DNA of 54,857 nt, from NCBI GenBank assembly GCA_046595075.1, contig JBKJPT010000098.1, positions 1 to 54,857 of the forward strand, read 5' to 3'. This document shows, one piece after another, positions 27,049 through 36,157 of the stretch. The translations under genes and the position numbers were made by a program. The number at the start of each line of letters is the position of its first letter. The first letter of the stretch is position 1. The notes under the pieces were generated by a model. It was not told the DNA's origin and searched no databases. It was given only the letters and a program-made list of their open reading frames with translations. The stretch is from Flavobacteriales bacterium (lineage in GTDB: Bacteria > Bacteroidota > Bacteroidia > Flavobacteriales_F > PHOS-HE28).

Positions 27049-27145
27049 GGGGCTAAAGGTACTGGCATGGCATACCAAGCCATTGACGATCGCTAACACG
27101 GCATGGGCCCCTAGGCGTCTCGGGCAGCCCTACTTTCGCCCCGTT

Positions 27146-27547
27146 ATGCGCCGCCTCCTGCAACACCACCGATGGATCACCTGCTTGGTGGCGTGCTTGC
27201 TGTTGTTCGCTACCAGCGGGCTTTCGCTCTCGCGCATGACCTGCCTCATGGGCGGGCACAGCGTGTTGAGCGTAGGGCTCAGCGGCGATTGCTGTCCGCA
27301 CGAGGAGCATGAGTCCAGCGCCACGATACAGGCTACATGTTGCGCAATGACCCAGGTCGCGGCGGATAGCGCACAGCTTCTGCAGTCGACCACGCTCGAT
27401 CTGAGCGTTCTCCTGATCGCACTCGATGCGGCACCCATGATGGTGGTAGAGTCCCCGATGCATGTGCCACTGCGTTGGCTGGATAGTCGCCCGCCTCCAC
27501 GCACTGCACCGGACCGCCTCGCATCGCTTCGTTCATTGTTGATCTGA
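27146..27547 (+). CDS. Small Cys-rich membrane-anchored protein resembling the Bacteroidota HYC_CC_PP family
   Basis: The 263-aa ORF-track ORF, whose 5' part is antisense to nfu, is trimmed to the ATG at 27146. One N-terminal TM helix, then SRMTCLMGGH, GDCCPHEE, ATCCAM, RPPP, and a C-terminal ..SLLI. The position directly upstream of a TonB receptor plus HMA gene matches the usual context of that family. This is a divergent member, so the assignment is tentative. Confidence 0.55.
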   Translation: MRRLLQHHRWITCLVACLLLFATSGLSLSRMTCLMGGHSVLSVGLSGDCCPHEEHESSATIQATCCAMTQVAADSAQLLQSTTLDLSVLLIALDAAPMMVVESPMHVPLRWLDSRPPPRTAPDRLASLRSLLI

Positions 27548-27618
27548 TCCGTGTTCATTCGCCGCATGGCGAAGGGCTTTGCCCGGGGTGTTCCCTCTCA
27601 CACGCTTTTCAGTTCAAC

Positions 27619-29880
27619 ATGATCCAGTTCCGAAGTCCATTCCTTTTCCTCCTGTTCGGCCTGTGCTCCGCTGCTATGGCCCAGCCCATAACGGGTCGGG
27701 TGCTTGGTGCCGATGCGCGTGGAAGCACTCCATTGCCGGGCGCGAACCTGCATTGGGCAGGGACCACCGTGGGCGCCAGCTCCGATGCCGACGGTCACTT
27801 CAGCTTGTTGCCCCCCGAGCAATGGCCTGCGAAGCTGGTGACCTCGTTCGTGGGCTACGCACCCGACACGCTTGCTTTATCGGGTCCATCCACATCGCCC
27901 ATTGTGATCACGCTACGCAGCACCGTGGAGATCGGTGAGGTGGAAGTGGTGGAGCGCGTTCAAGGTACCCAGTTGAGCACGCGCACGATCAACGCGAGCG
28001 AGAACTTGGGCCCAAAGGAACTTAAGCGCGCCGCGTGCTGCGACCTCAGTGAGAGTTTTGAAACGAACGCGACGGTGGATGTGAGCTTCAGCGATGCCGT
28101 TTCGGGGACGAAGACGATCCGCATGTTGGGGCTCGATGGCAAGTACGCGCAGATGAGCTTGGAGAACATTCCGTTCATCCGAGGCTTGTCCATCTCTTCA
28201 GGTCTCACGCTCATCCCCGGCACGTGGATCAACGACATAAACCTGAGCAAGGGCGTGGGCACGGCAGTGAACGGCCCCAATGCCATAACGGGCCAGATCG
28301 ATCTGTGCTTGGTGAACCCGCTCTCACAACCGACGCTGTTCGTCAACGTCTACGGCAACAGCCAAGGCCGAGCGGAACTGAACGTACATACGGCACAAGC
28401 CACAGGCAAGCACAGTGCGAACCTGCTGCTCCTGCACGGCAACTGGTTCGATCAAGAGATGGATCAGAACAGCGACGGCTTCATGGACCAACCGCGCACG
28501 CGCCGGATCAACGTCATGGACCGATGGATGCATCAGGGCGAACGAAAGAGCGGACAGGTCACCCTGCGCGTAGTGGAGGACGAACGCCTGGGCGGACAAA
28601 CCGCCATGCGCATGAACGAACCAACGCATGTGCATGATCCGCGTGGACCTTACACCATTGAAGCCACCAACCGCCTGGTGGATGCCTTCGGCAAGCATGG
28701 CTGGGTCTTCGAGAACGACGCCACCAAGAGCATTGGCCTCATTGCTGCCTTGCGTAGGCACGAGGTGGACTACCGCTACGGAGCGCGCACCTACGATGGC
28801 CAGCAGCAAAGCGCCTACGCAAGCATGGTTTACCAGCAGTTGCTAGGCACGGGCACCGACCAGATCAAGGCGGGCCTCAGTTTCCAGTACGATGACTACG
28901 AGGAGCGCTTCACCAACGACACCTTGCTGGTGCTGGACCTCGGCCGCACAGAACGCATGCCGGGCGCTTTCGCCGAGCACACGTTGAAGCGCGAAGGCCT
29001 GACGTTGGTTACCGGTGTGCGCGTGGACGTGAACGACCTGTATGGCACTGTAGCTAGTCCGCGTGTGCACGCCAAGTACGATATAGGTCCGCTCACCACT
29101 GTCCGTGCATCGGTAGGTCACGGCTTCCGCACAGCCAACCCGCTGATGGAGAGCAGCGCGGTGATGGCGAGCTCGCGCACAGTGCTCGTGGATCCGCTGG
29201 ACATGGAGCGCGCTTGGAACTTCGGTGCTTCGCTGCTGCACAAGTTCAAATGGCTGGATCGCAAATGGGCCATTGGCGCTGATGCCTATCATACGCGCTT
29301 CACCGCACAAGTGGTGAACGACCTCGATCGCGACCCTCAGTTGATCGCGTTCTACATGCTCGATGGCGCATCCTATTCCAACAGCCTGCTCACCGATGTG
29401 CAGGTGGAGCTTTCGAGAAGGCTCCAATTGAAAACGAGCTACCGTTATTATGACGTGCGCACCACTTACGATGGCAAGCTGTTGGAACGCCCGTTCACCC
29501 CCGTGCATCGGGGCCTCATCGATCTGGCCTATGCGGACATCAAGGAGCATTGGCGCTTCGACATCAACCTCAACATCTTCGGCGAGAGCCGGATCCCATC
29601 CACTGCCAGCAACCCCGAAGGTCTGCGCTTCGCGGAACGTGCTCCTGCGTACAGCACGTTGCACGCACAACTCACCCGGATCATCGGGGCATGGGAGTTC
29701 TATCTCGGCGCCGAGAACATCACCAGCACCCTGCAACAACAGCAGATCATCGCCGCCGATGATCCCTATGGCCCGTACTTTGACACCAGTTTGATCTGGG
29801 GACCCACCAATAAAGCCATGCTTTACGGCGGACTTCGCTTCACCATCGACCGAAAACACAACACCACCCGCGAACCATGA
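27619..29880 (+). CDS. TonB-dependent receptor with a CarboxypepD_reg N-terminal domain
   Basis: Signal ..SAAMAQ, then ITGRVLGADARGSTPLPGANLHWAGTTVGASSDADGHFSL. Plug motifs: CCDLSESFETNATVDVSFSDAVSGTKTIRMLGLDGKYAQM. Long barrel. Confidence 0.9.
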   Translation: MIQFRSPFLFLLFGLCSAAMAQPITGRVLGADARGSTPLPGANLHWAGTTVGASSDADGHFSLLPPEQWPAKLVTSFVGYAPDTLALSGPSTSPIVITLRSTVEIGEVEVVERVQGTQLSTRTINASENLGPKELKRAACCDLSESFETNATVDVSFSDAVSGTKTIRMLGLDGKYAQMSLENIPFIRGLSISSGLTLIPGTWINDINLSKGVGTAVNGPNAITGQIDLCLVNPLSQPTLFVNVYGNSQGRAELNVHTAQATGKHSANLLLLHGNWFDQEMDQNSDGFMDQPRTRRINVMDRWMHQGERKSGQVTLRVVEDERLGGQTAMRMNEPTHVHDPRGPYTIEATNRLVDAFGKHGWVFENDATKSIGLIAALRRHEVDYRYGARTYDGQQQSAYASMVYQQLLGTGTDQIKAGLSFQYDDYEERFTNDTLLVLDLGRTERMPGAFAEHTLKREGLTLVTGVRVDVNDLYGTVASPRVHAKYDIGPLTTVRASVGHGFRTANPLMESSAVMASSRTVLVDPLDMERAWNFGASLLHKFKWLDRKWAIGADAYHTRFTAQVVNDLDRDPQLIAFYMLDGASYSNSLLTDVQVELSRRLQLKTSYRYYDVRTTYDGKLLERPFTPVHRGLIDLAYADIKEHWRFDINLNIFGESRIPSTASNPEGLRFAERAPAYSTLHAQLTRIIGAWEFYLGAENITSTLQQQQIIAADDPYGPYFDTSLIWGPTNKAMLYGGLRFTIDRKHNTTREP

Positions 29881-30236
29881 GAACCCTTATGACCATTTGC
29901 CTGCTAGCCGTCGGCCTTAGCGGCATCGCACAGGACAAGAAGACCGCACACCTCGCCATTGTCAGCAGTACTGTGTGTGATATGTGCCAGCAGACCATCG
30001 AGAGCAACATGATCTATGAGAAAGGCGTGAAGAAGGTAACAGTGGACCTTGCCACGAGCACCGTGCATGTGGATTACGATGCGAAGAAGAACGACCCCGA
30101 GGCTCTTCGTAAGGCACTGATCATGATGGGCTACGCCGCTGATGGTGTGCCCGGTGATCCGAAGGCCTTCGCCAAGTTACCGGCGTGCTGCCAGAAGGAA
30201 GGTTGCGGCAAACTGCATGAGAAAGGAACGCATTGA
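29877..30236 (+). CDS. HMA-like metal-binding protein (CxxC plus CCQ motifs)
   Basis: ATGA overlap with the receptor gene. Signal peptide, then SSTVCDMCQQTIE and KLPACCQKEGCG. Same architecture as 2287..2670 and the N-terminal domain of 2690..3568. Confidence 0.8.
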   Translation: MRTLMTICLLAVGLSGIAQDKKTAHLAIVSSTVCDMCQQTIESNMIYEKGVKKVTVDLATSTVHVDYDAKKNDPEALRKALIMMGYAADGVPGDPKAFAKLPACCQKEGCGKLHEKGTH

Positions 30237-30238
30237 CC

Positions 30239-30757
30239 ATGGCATTGGTCCGCAGCGTGCGCGGCTTCACGCCCAAGTTCGGGGAGGACTGTTTCCTGGC
30301 CGAGACGGCTGTGGTGATCGGTGATACGGCAATGGGTGATCACTGTAGCGTGTGGTACAACGCCGTGGTGCGCGGCGATGTGAACAGCATCCGCATCGGC
30401 GACCGCGTGAACATCCAGGATGGCGCTGTGCTGCACTGCACCTACGAACGCGCGGCGCTTACCATCGGCAACGACGTGAGCATCGGCCACAACGCGATCG
30501 TCCACGGCTGCACGATCAAGGATAAAGTGCTCATCGGTATGGGGTCCATCGTCATGGACCACGCCGTGATCGGTGAGGGCAGCGTGATCGCCGCCGGCGC
30601 GGTGGTGCTGCAGAACACCGTGGTGGAGCCCGGCAGCTTGATGGCGGGTGTGCCAGCGAAGCGCGTTGGGCCCGTGAGCGCGGAACTCTCGCAGAACGAG
30701 ATCGAGCGCATTGCGAAGAACTACCGGATGTATGCGGGGTGGTTCAAGGAAGAGTGA
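30239..30757 (+). CDS. Gamma-carbonic-anhydrase-family / left-handed beta-helix (hexapeptide repeat) protein
   Basis: MALVRSVRGFTPKFGEDCFLAETAVVIGD.., then NIQDGAVLH and hexapeptide repeats. The ORF-track TTG start (30233) is trimmed to the ATG at 30239. Confidence 0.85.
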   Translation: MALVRSVRGFTPKFGEDCFLAETAVVIGDTAMGDHCSVWYNAVVRGDVNSIRIGDRVNIQDGAVLHCTYERAALTIGNDVSIGHNAIVHGCTIKDKVLIGMGSIVMDHAVIGEGSVIAAGAVVLQNTVVEPGSLMAGVPAKRVGPVSAELSQNEIERIAKNYRMYAGWFKEE

Positions 30758-31562
30758 GCTTTCCTTCGGCCCAGTTGCCGCTTCGCACTAGCGTCCGCTC
30801 CATTCCTATCCGTTCCATCATTCTCGCGAACTCTCCTGGGTCGCCGCTTGTCCAATGCGTTGCGCTGCCTTGCGTGTTGCTCGCTGGTGCGTGATGGTCT
30901 TGTTCCAATAACCGCTTCACCTGCCTGGCGATCGCCGGTGCGGGATCGATCACACGTACACCGGGGCCCACGATGCGTTCGATAAGGGTGCGTACGATGG
31001 GGTAGTGGGTGCAGCCGAGCACCAGTGCATCGATGTTCTTTGCCGTCATCGGCTCCAGCCAACCACGCAGCATGGCTTCGGTCTTCGGAGTATCGAACTC
31101 GCCGGCTTCGATCTGCTTCACCAGGCCCGGACATGGCTGATGCAGCACTTCTACCCCCTTTGAGAAGCGTTCCACCACCGAGGCGTACAATGCGCTCTGG
31201 AAGGTGGCCACCGTGGCGATCACACCTACGACACCGGTGTTCGTGTGTTCCACTGCGGGCTTCACCGCAGGCTCCATGCCCACGAATGACATGTGTGGAA
31301 AGCCTTCGCGCAAGCTGGCGAGGGCCGCAGCGCTAGCGGTGTTGCATGCGATCACGATCAGCTTGCAGTCAAGAGCGATCAGCGCTTGTGTGATGGCAAG
31401 GCTGAAGCCACGCACCTCCTCCAAGCTGCGCGGTCCGTAAGGCACGTGTGCATTGTCACCGAAATAGAACAGGCGCTCCGCGGGGAGCGCCTGCCGTATC
31501 GCTTGCAACACAGTAAGTCCGCCGATACCGGAATCGAAGATGCCGATGGGACGGGGATCCAC
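30744..31562 (-). CDS. murI: Glutamate racemase
   Basis: IGIFDSGIGGLTV, VIACNTASA and LGCTHYP are the catalytic Cys motifs of MurI. Confidence 0.9.
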   Translation of the reverse strand: MDPRPIGIFDSGIGGLTVLQAIRQALPAERLFYFGDNAHVPYGPRSLEEVRGFSLAITQALIALDCKLIVIACNTASAAALASLREGFPHMSFVGMEPAVKPAVEHTNTGVVGVIATVATFQSALYASVVERFSKGVEVLHQPCPGLVKQIEAGEFDTPKTEAMLRGWLEPMTAKNIDALVLGCTHYPIVRTLIERIVGPGVRVIDPAPAIARQVKRLLEQDHHAPASNTQGSATHWTSGDPGEFARMMERIGMERTLVRSGNWAEGKLTLP

Positions 31563-31572
31563 GGTGTGATCG

Positions 31573-32082
31573 CTATTGTATGCCGAGCTTGGCCTTCACC
31601 AGGGGCATGATGTCCTCGCCCTTGTCGAAGTAGAGCACGAAGCCCGTGCTGGTGTCGAAGATGTAGGTGAAGTTATTGGTGGCCGCCACTTCGTTGATCG
31701 CCGTGTTGGCCTTATCCACCATGGGGCGCAGCAGTTCTTCCTCCTGCTTGGCCAGATCCTCTTGCGCTTTCTCCTGTGCGGCTTTGATGCGGCCTTCGAG
31801 TTCCTGGATCTCGCTCACTGCGCTCTCTTTTTCGGTCTGGGTCATGGCTTCGGCACGAGCTTGCGCTGCGGCAACCTTGGCCTCGTATTCAGCACCCATG
31901 GCCTTCAAACGGTCGTCGAGGGTCTTGGCGAAATCCTGCATGCGCTTTTCAGCGGCGCCACGCTCGGGCAGGGCGAGCATGAGTTGCTGCCGGTCTATGT
32001 GACCGAGCTTGATGGTTTGTTGTGCGCTGGCGGGTGCGAGCGTGGTAAGCGCAAGGGCCGCGGCTATGATGAACTGCTTCAT
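31573..32082 (-). CDS. OmpH/Skp-family periplasmic chaperone
   Basis: Signal peptide, then KLGHIDRQQLMLALPE and a long coiled-coil segment rich in A/E/K/Q. Located downstream of bamA. Confidence 0.85.
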   Translation of the reverse strand: MKQFIIAAALALTTLAPASAQQTIKLGHIDRQQLMLALPERGAAEKRMQDFAKTLDDRLKAMGAEYEAKVAAAQARAEAMTQTEKESAVSEIQELEGRIKAAQEKAQEDLAKQEEELLRPMVDKANTAINEVAATNNFTYIFDTSTGFVLYFDKGEDIMPLVKAKLGIQ

Positions 32083-32096
32083 TGTGTTGATATCAC

Positions 32097-32783
32097 TTAT
32101 CGGGGTTGTTTCTCTGGGGGAGGGGTGCTTCCGCCTCCATCGGGTTGTGTGCCGCCATCGCCGCCGCCACCATCGCGCGTGCCGTCCTTCGGGGGATCAC
32201 CACCGTTGGGTTGTGGTTCACCATCTTCCTCGCTTCCTCCACCGGTGCCTTCACGATCGGGTCGTATGCCGAGCTTGCGCAGTACGCTGTCGCTCTTATC
32301 GTACTTGTCGCTGGCAAAGAGCAGGCCACCACCGTTGGAGCCGCTGAGGTCGAACACCGCCACGTAGCTGGTGCCCGCCACTTCCTTGATCGCCGTGTAC
32401 ACGCGGTCCTGTATGGGTTGGATCAGTTCCTGCCTCTTCTTGAAGAGGTCGCCTTCAACACCGAAACGCTTCTTCTGCATATCGCGTGCTTCGCGTTCGC
32501 GGCGATCGATCTCGTCCAGTCGCGAGCGGCGCATCTCCTCGGTGAGGAGGATCGCTTCGGCGTTGTACGATTCCCGTTGCCGCTTGATCTGCAGATAGCG
32601 TTCATCGATCTCGTCCTGCCATTGTTTGCTCAGGCGATCGAGCTCCTTCTGCGCGGTCTCGTACTCCGGCATCTGCTCCAGGATGTACTTGGTGTTGACG
32701 AACGCGATGCGTTGCGCGCGCACTTCAGCGATCGGGAGCATCGCCACGATCAGCGCGACTGCGTAGAGGATCGTACGGTTCAT
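32097..32783 (-). CDS. OmpH/Skp-family periplasmic chaperone with a Gly/Asp/Pro-rich C-terminal tail
   Basis: RIAFVNTKYILEQMPEYETAQKELDRLSKQWQDEID.., a Skp-like coiled coil. The last 54 aa or so are low complexity (GTGGGSEEDGEPQPNGGDPPKDGTRDGGGGDGGTQPDGGGSTPPPEKQPR). Confidence 0.85.
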   Translation of the reverse strand: MNRTILYAVALIVAMLPIAEVRAQRIAFVNTKYILEQMPEYETAQKELDRLSKQWQDEIDERYLQIKRQRESYNAEAILLTEEMRRSRLDEIDRREREARDMQKKRFGVEGDLFKKRQELIQPIQDRVYTAIKEVAGTSYVAVFDLSGSNGGGLLFASDKYDKSDSVLRKLGIRPDREGTGGGSEEDGEPQPNGGDPPKDGTRDGGGGDGGTQPDGGGSTPPPEKQPR

Positions 32784-32813
32784 CGGGAGGGTGTCGAAAG
32801 TAGGTGATGTGCT

Positions 32814-35351
32814 CTAAAGCTCGCCAAGATCGATGCCGATCGTGAAGTGGAACTGGCTGCGTGCCATGTTGGGGGCAGTGGGTACATCGTCCAAGCGCCA
32901 ACCATAGTCGAGCCCCATGGGACCGAACATGGGCAGGTACAAGCGCAGGCCCACGCCGGCGCTGCGATAGAGCCGGAACGGATCGAAGTTGTCGAAATCG
33001 TTCCAGGTGTTGCCGGCCTGGGCGAAGGCGAGGGTGTAGATCGTGGCCTGCGGATTCAGCGAGACCGGGAAGCGCAGCTCAGCCGTGTACTTGCTCACGA
33101 TGAAATTGCCCGTCTGTGGCGAAAGCGAGAAATCGTCGTAACCGCGCAAGCCCACGATCTCGCGACCATCCAGCTGGAAACCCGTGAGCGCCGCACCGCC
33201 GAGGTAGAAGCGCTCGAAGGGCGAATCGCCGATGGCATCGCTATAGTGGCCCAAGAAGCCCCAGCCCGCGCGGGCCATGAACACCAGGTTGTGCTGCGTT
33301 TTGCTATTGGTGAGTTTCTGGAACCATTGCGTGGTGAACTTCCACTTGTGGAACTCCGCGAACTTGTAGAGGTCGGAAGGTTCCAGCGACGCATAGTCCT
33401 TTCCGGGGTTGAAGAGGGAGTATGGCGGGGTGGCCTTTACACTGAAGGTGACATCGGATCCGCTACGCGCGAAGAAGGGCTGATCCACCGAATTGCGCGA
33501 GAGCTGGAACTGGCCCGCGATCACGTTGCTAGTGCCGTTGTTGAAGGAGAAGACCACCTGCCCGCTGCTGTAATTACGCAGATCATAGCGCTGGTACGAC
33601 CCCGTGAGGCGCATGATGAAGAAGTCATCGGGCCATGGCAATCGCTTGCCGAAGCCGAGCGTGGTACCCCAGATGATCAGCGATTGTCGCAAGGGGTTGG
33701 CCACACGACCAAGTTCGCTGTCGACGTAACGTGGAACACCGTTGGACTGTACGCTGACGTAGCCCGAGAAGCTGAGCGAATTTGCTTTGCGGCCACCGAG
33801 CCAGGGCTCCACGAAGCTGAGGCTGTAGCTCTGGAAGAAGCGACCGTTGGTCTGCGCACGCACGTTCAGCGTTTGCCCATCGCCGCTAGGCAATGGCTGG
33901 TAAGCCTTGGGGTCGGCGACCTTGCGCAGGCTGAAGTTGGTGAACGAAAGACCGATGCTCAGTACCAACCGGCCAGCGCCCCAGCCGCCGCTCAGTTCCA
34001 ATCGGTCGCTGGGTTTCTCTTCCACGGTGTACTCCAGATCAACGGTGCCGGTGCGTTGGTCCTGTATGGGGTTCACGCCCAGCGATTCGGGATTGAAGTA
34101 GCCCAAGTTGCTCAGTTCCCGCTGCGTGCGTATCACGTCGCTGCGGTTGAAGAGCTGGCCGGGCTTGGTGCGGATCTCCCGGCGCACCACATGCTCGTTC
34201 GTTTTGGAATTGCCCTTGATGTACACGTTGCGAATGCGGAACTGTCGCCCTTCGCGGATGCGGATCTCCAGATCGATGCTGTCGCCTTCGGCAAGCACCT
34301 CCACCGGATCGGGGTAGAAGCCGAGGTAGCCATCGTCCATGTACAACGAGCTGATGTCGCCGCCGTTGGCGCTCATGAAGAGGCGGCTATCCAGAAGGCG
34401 CTTGTTGTACACATCGCCGCGTTTGATGCCAAGCATCTTGGGCAACGTATCGCCGGTGTATTTGGTGTTGCCCGTAAAGGTGATGTTGCGGAAGTAGAAG
34501 CGCTGGCCTTCGTCCACGTCCACTTCAACACGCACGCGCTTGGGCGATACCTGGTACATGGTGTCGCGCACGATGGTGGCGTTGCGGTAGCCAGCGTTGT
34601 TGTACGCCTCGCGCACTTTAACCTGATCGGCCTCGAAATCGCTGGCAATGAACTTGCTCGACCCGAAGATGTTGTACCAGCGTTTGCGACGCGTCTCCTT
34701 CATGGCCTTGCGCAGCTTCTTGTCGCTGAGTGCTTCGTTGCCGTTGAAGACCACGTCCTGGATCCGCACACGCTGCCCGCGTACCACATCGAAGTAGAGC
34801 ACCACGCTGTTCTCCATGCCACGGTCCATGGTGTCTGCCAGGTCGCGCACAGTTACACTGGCGTTCAGGTAACCCTTGTCCACGTAGTAGCGGCGTATGG
34901 TCTGGCGCGATCGCGCGATCACCGCCTCGTTCACCTGCTGCCCGCGTTGCAGGTCTACTTCGTCATAGAGCTTGTCGGCCTCGCTCTTGCTCACGTTCTC
35001 GAACTTGAAACGGGAGAGGCGCGGCTTCTCCAGCACCACGATGTGCAGGAAGACCACGCGACCGCGGAACTCGGCGGCTTCGATCTTCACATCGCTGAAG
35101 AGCTTCTGGTCCCACAGGTTGCGCACAGCGCGCGCAATGCGATCACCGGGCAGTTCGATCTTGTCACCCACCTGAAGGCCGGCAAAAAGCTTTACCGCAC
35201 CGGGATCCACCGATATGGTGCCGCTAACGGTGATGCCGCCGATCTCGTAGGTCTGCGGCAGGTTATAGTCCATCACCGGTTGCTTGCCGGGCTGGGCGAT
35301 CGCCACGGTGGCGCCCAGTGCGCACAAGAGGAATGCGAAAAGCGCGCGCAT
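32814..35351 (-). CDS. bamA: Outer membrane protein assembly factor BamA
   Basis: Trimmed to the ATG at 35351 (MRALFAFLLCALGATVAIAQ signal). Five POTRA-like repeats (YEIGGITVSG.., ..IQDVVFNGNEALSDKKLRK.., ..FRNITFTGNTKY.., ..IRNVYIKGNSKTNEHVVRRE..). Omp85 barrel ending ..HFTIGIDLGEL. Lies one nt downstream of the uppS stop. Confidence 0.9.
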   Translation of the reverse strand: MRALFAFLLCALGATVAIAQPGKQPVMDYNLPQTYEIGGITVSGTISVDPGAVKLFAGLQVGDKIELPGDRIARAVRNLWDQKLFSDVKIEAAEFRGRVVFLHIVVLEKPRLSRFKFENVSKSEADKLYDEVDLQRGQQVNEAVIARSRQTIRRYYVDKGYLNASVTVRDLADTMDRGMENSVVLYFDVVRGQRVRIQDVVFNGNEALSDKKLRKAMKETRRKRWYNIFGSSKFIASDFEADQVKVREAYNNAGYRNATIVRDTMYQVSPKRVRVEVDVDEGQRFYFRNITFTGNTKYTGDTLPKMLGIKRGDVYNKRLLDSRLFMSANGGDISSLYMDDGYLGFYPDPVEVLAEGDSIDLEIRIREGRQFRIRNVYIKGNSKTNEHVVRREIRTKPGQLFNRSDVIRTQRELSNLGYFNPESLGVNPIQDQRTGTVDLEYTVEEKPSDRLELSGGWGAGRLVLSIGLSFTNFSLRKVADPKAYQPLPSGDGQTLNVRAQTNGRFFQSYSLSFVEPWLGGRKANSLSFSGYVSVQSNGVPRYVDSELGRVANPLRQSLIIWGTTLGFGKRLPWPDDFFIMRLTGSYQRYDLRNYSSGQVVFSFNNGTSNVIAGQFQLSRNSVDQPFFARSGSDVTFSVKATPPYSLFNPGKDYASLEPSDLYKFAEFHKWKFTTQWFQKLTNSKTQHNLVFMARAGWGFLGHYSDAIGDSPFERFYLGGAALTGFQLDGREIVGLRGYDDFSLSPQTGNFIVSKYTAELRFPVSLNPQATIYTLAFAQAGNTWNDFDNFDPFRLYRSAGVGLRLYLPMFGPMGLDYGWRLDDVPTAPNMARSQFHFTIGIDLGEL

Positions 35352-35352
35352 A

Positions 35353-36123
35353 TCAGCGAGTGGGGAGTTGTTCGCTGGTCTTGCCAAAACGCCGTTCGCG
35401 GTTCTGGTAGTCCAGCACCGCTTCATAGAGGTGCTCCTTCCGGAAATCCGGCCAGAGCACCGGCGTGAACCACAGTTCGGCGTAGGCGATCTGCCAAAGG
35501 AGGAAGTTGCTGATGCGTTGCTCACCGCTGGTGCGTATGAGCAGTTCGGGATCGGGCATGCCCTTCGTGCACAAATGGTCCGCTATGGTTTCCTCGGTGA
35601 TCGTGGCCGGATCCAAGGTGCCGGTGCGTGCTTCCTCGCCTATGGTGCGCGCCATGCGCAGGATCTCCCAGCGGGCGCTGTAGCTAAGGGCGAGGGTGAG
35701 CGTGATGCGGTCGTTCTTCGCCGTGCGCGCAATGGCATCGCTCAGCGTGCGACGGCAGTTCTCCGGCAAACTTTCCAGATCTCCGATGGCGTTCAGGCGC
35801 ACGCTGTTCTTGTGCAGTTCGTCGATCTCGTCCACCACGGTCTTCACCAGCAGGTCCATCAGCGCTTCAACCTCATGGCGTGGCCGGTTCCAGTTCTCAG
35901 TGCTGAAGGCGTAGAGCGTGAGGTAGCGCACGCCGATATCCGTGGCACCCGTGAGGGCTTCGCGTACGCTGCGCACGCCGCTCATGTGGCCCACGATCCG
36001 GTGCTCGCCCTGCTGCTTGGCCCAGCGGCCGTTACCGTCCATGATAATGGCCACATGCTGCGGCACGCGCTCGTTGTCTATGCGCCCCTTCAGTTCGTCA
36101 GCGATATGTGTGGCCTTTTCCAA
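35353..36123 (-). CDS. uppS: Isoprenyl transferase (undecaprenyl-diphosphate synthase)
   Basis: PQHVAIIMDGNGRWA, LTLYAFSTENWNRP, IRTSGEQRISNFLLWQIAYAEL. Confidence 0.95.
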   Translation of the reverse strand: MEKATHIADELKGRIDNERVPQHVAIIMDGNGRWAKQQGEHRIVGHMSGVRSVREALTGATDIGVRYLTLYAFSTENWNRPRHEVEALMDLLVKTVVDEIDELHKNSVRLNAIGDLESLPENCRRTLSDAIARTAKNDRITLTLALSYSARWEILRMARTIGEEARTGTLDPATITEETIADHLCTKGMPDPELLIRTSGEQRISNFLLWQIAYAELWFTPVLWPDFRKEHLYEAVLDYQNRERRFGKTSEQLPTR

Positions 36124-36157
36124 AAGGAGCGCGAAGGTCGGTGAACGGCGCGTACGA

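Noticed and set aside
26756-27145. 5' part of the 263-aa plus-strand ORF 26756..27547.
   Set aside because: This part is antisense to the well-supported nfu gene. Only the portion from the ATG at 27146 lies in intergenic space and shows the TM helix plus Cys-motif organisation.
32847-35468. 873-aa plus-strand ORF, the longest in the track for this region.
   Set aside because: It lies exactly antisense to bamA, whose POTRA/Omp85 features are unambiguous. The antisense product is a featureless Ala/Gly/His/Val/Arg-rich sequence typical of high-GC antisense frames. The same reasoning applies to 998..2263, 4585..5709, 8969..9937, 9112..9993, 28843..29859, 38510..39523, 40244..41188 and similar ORFs.
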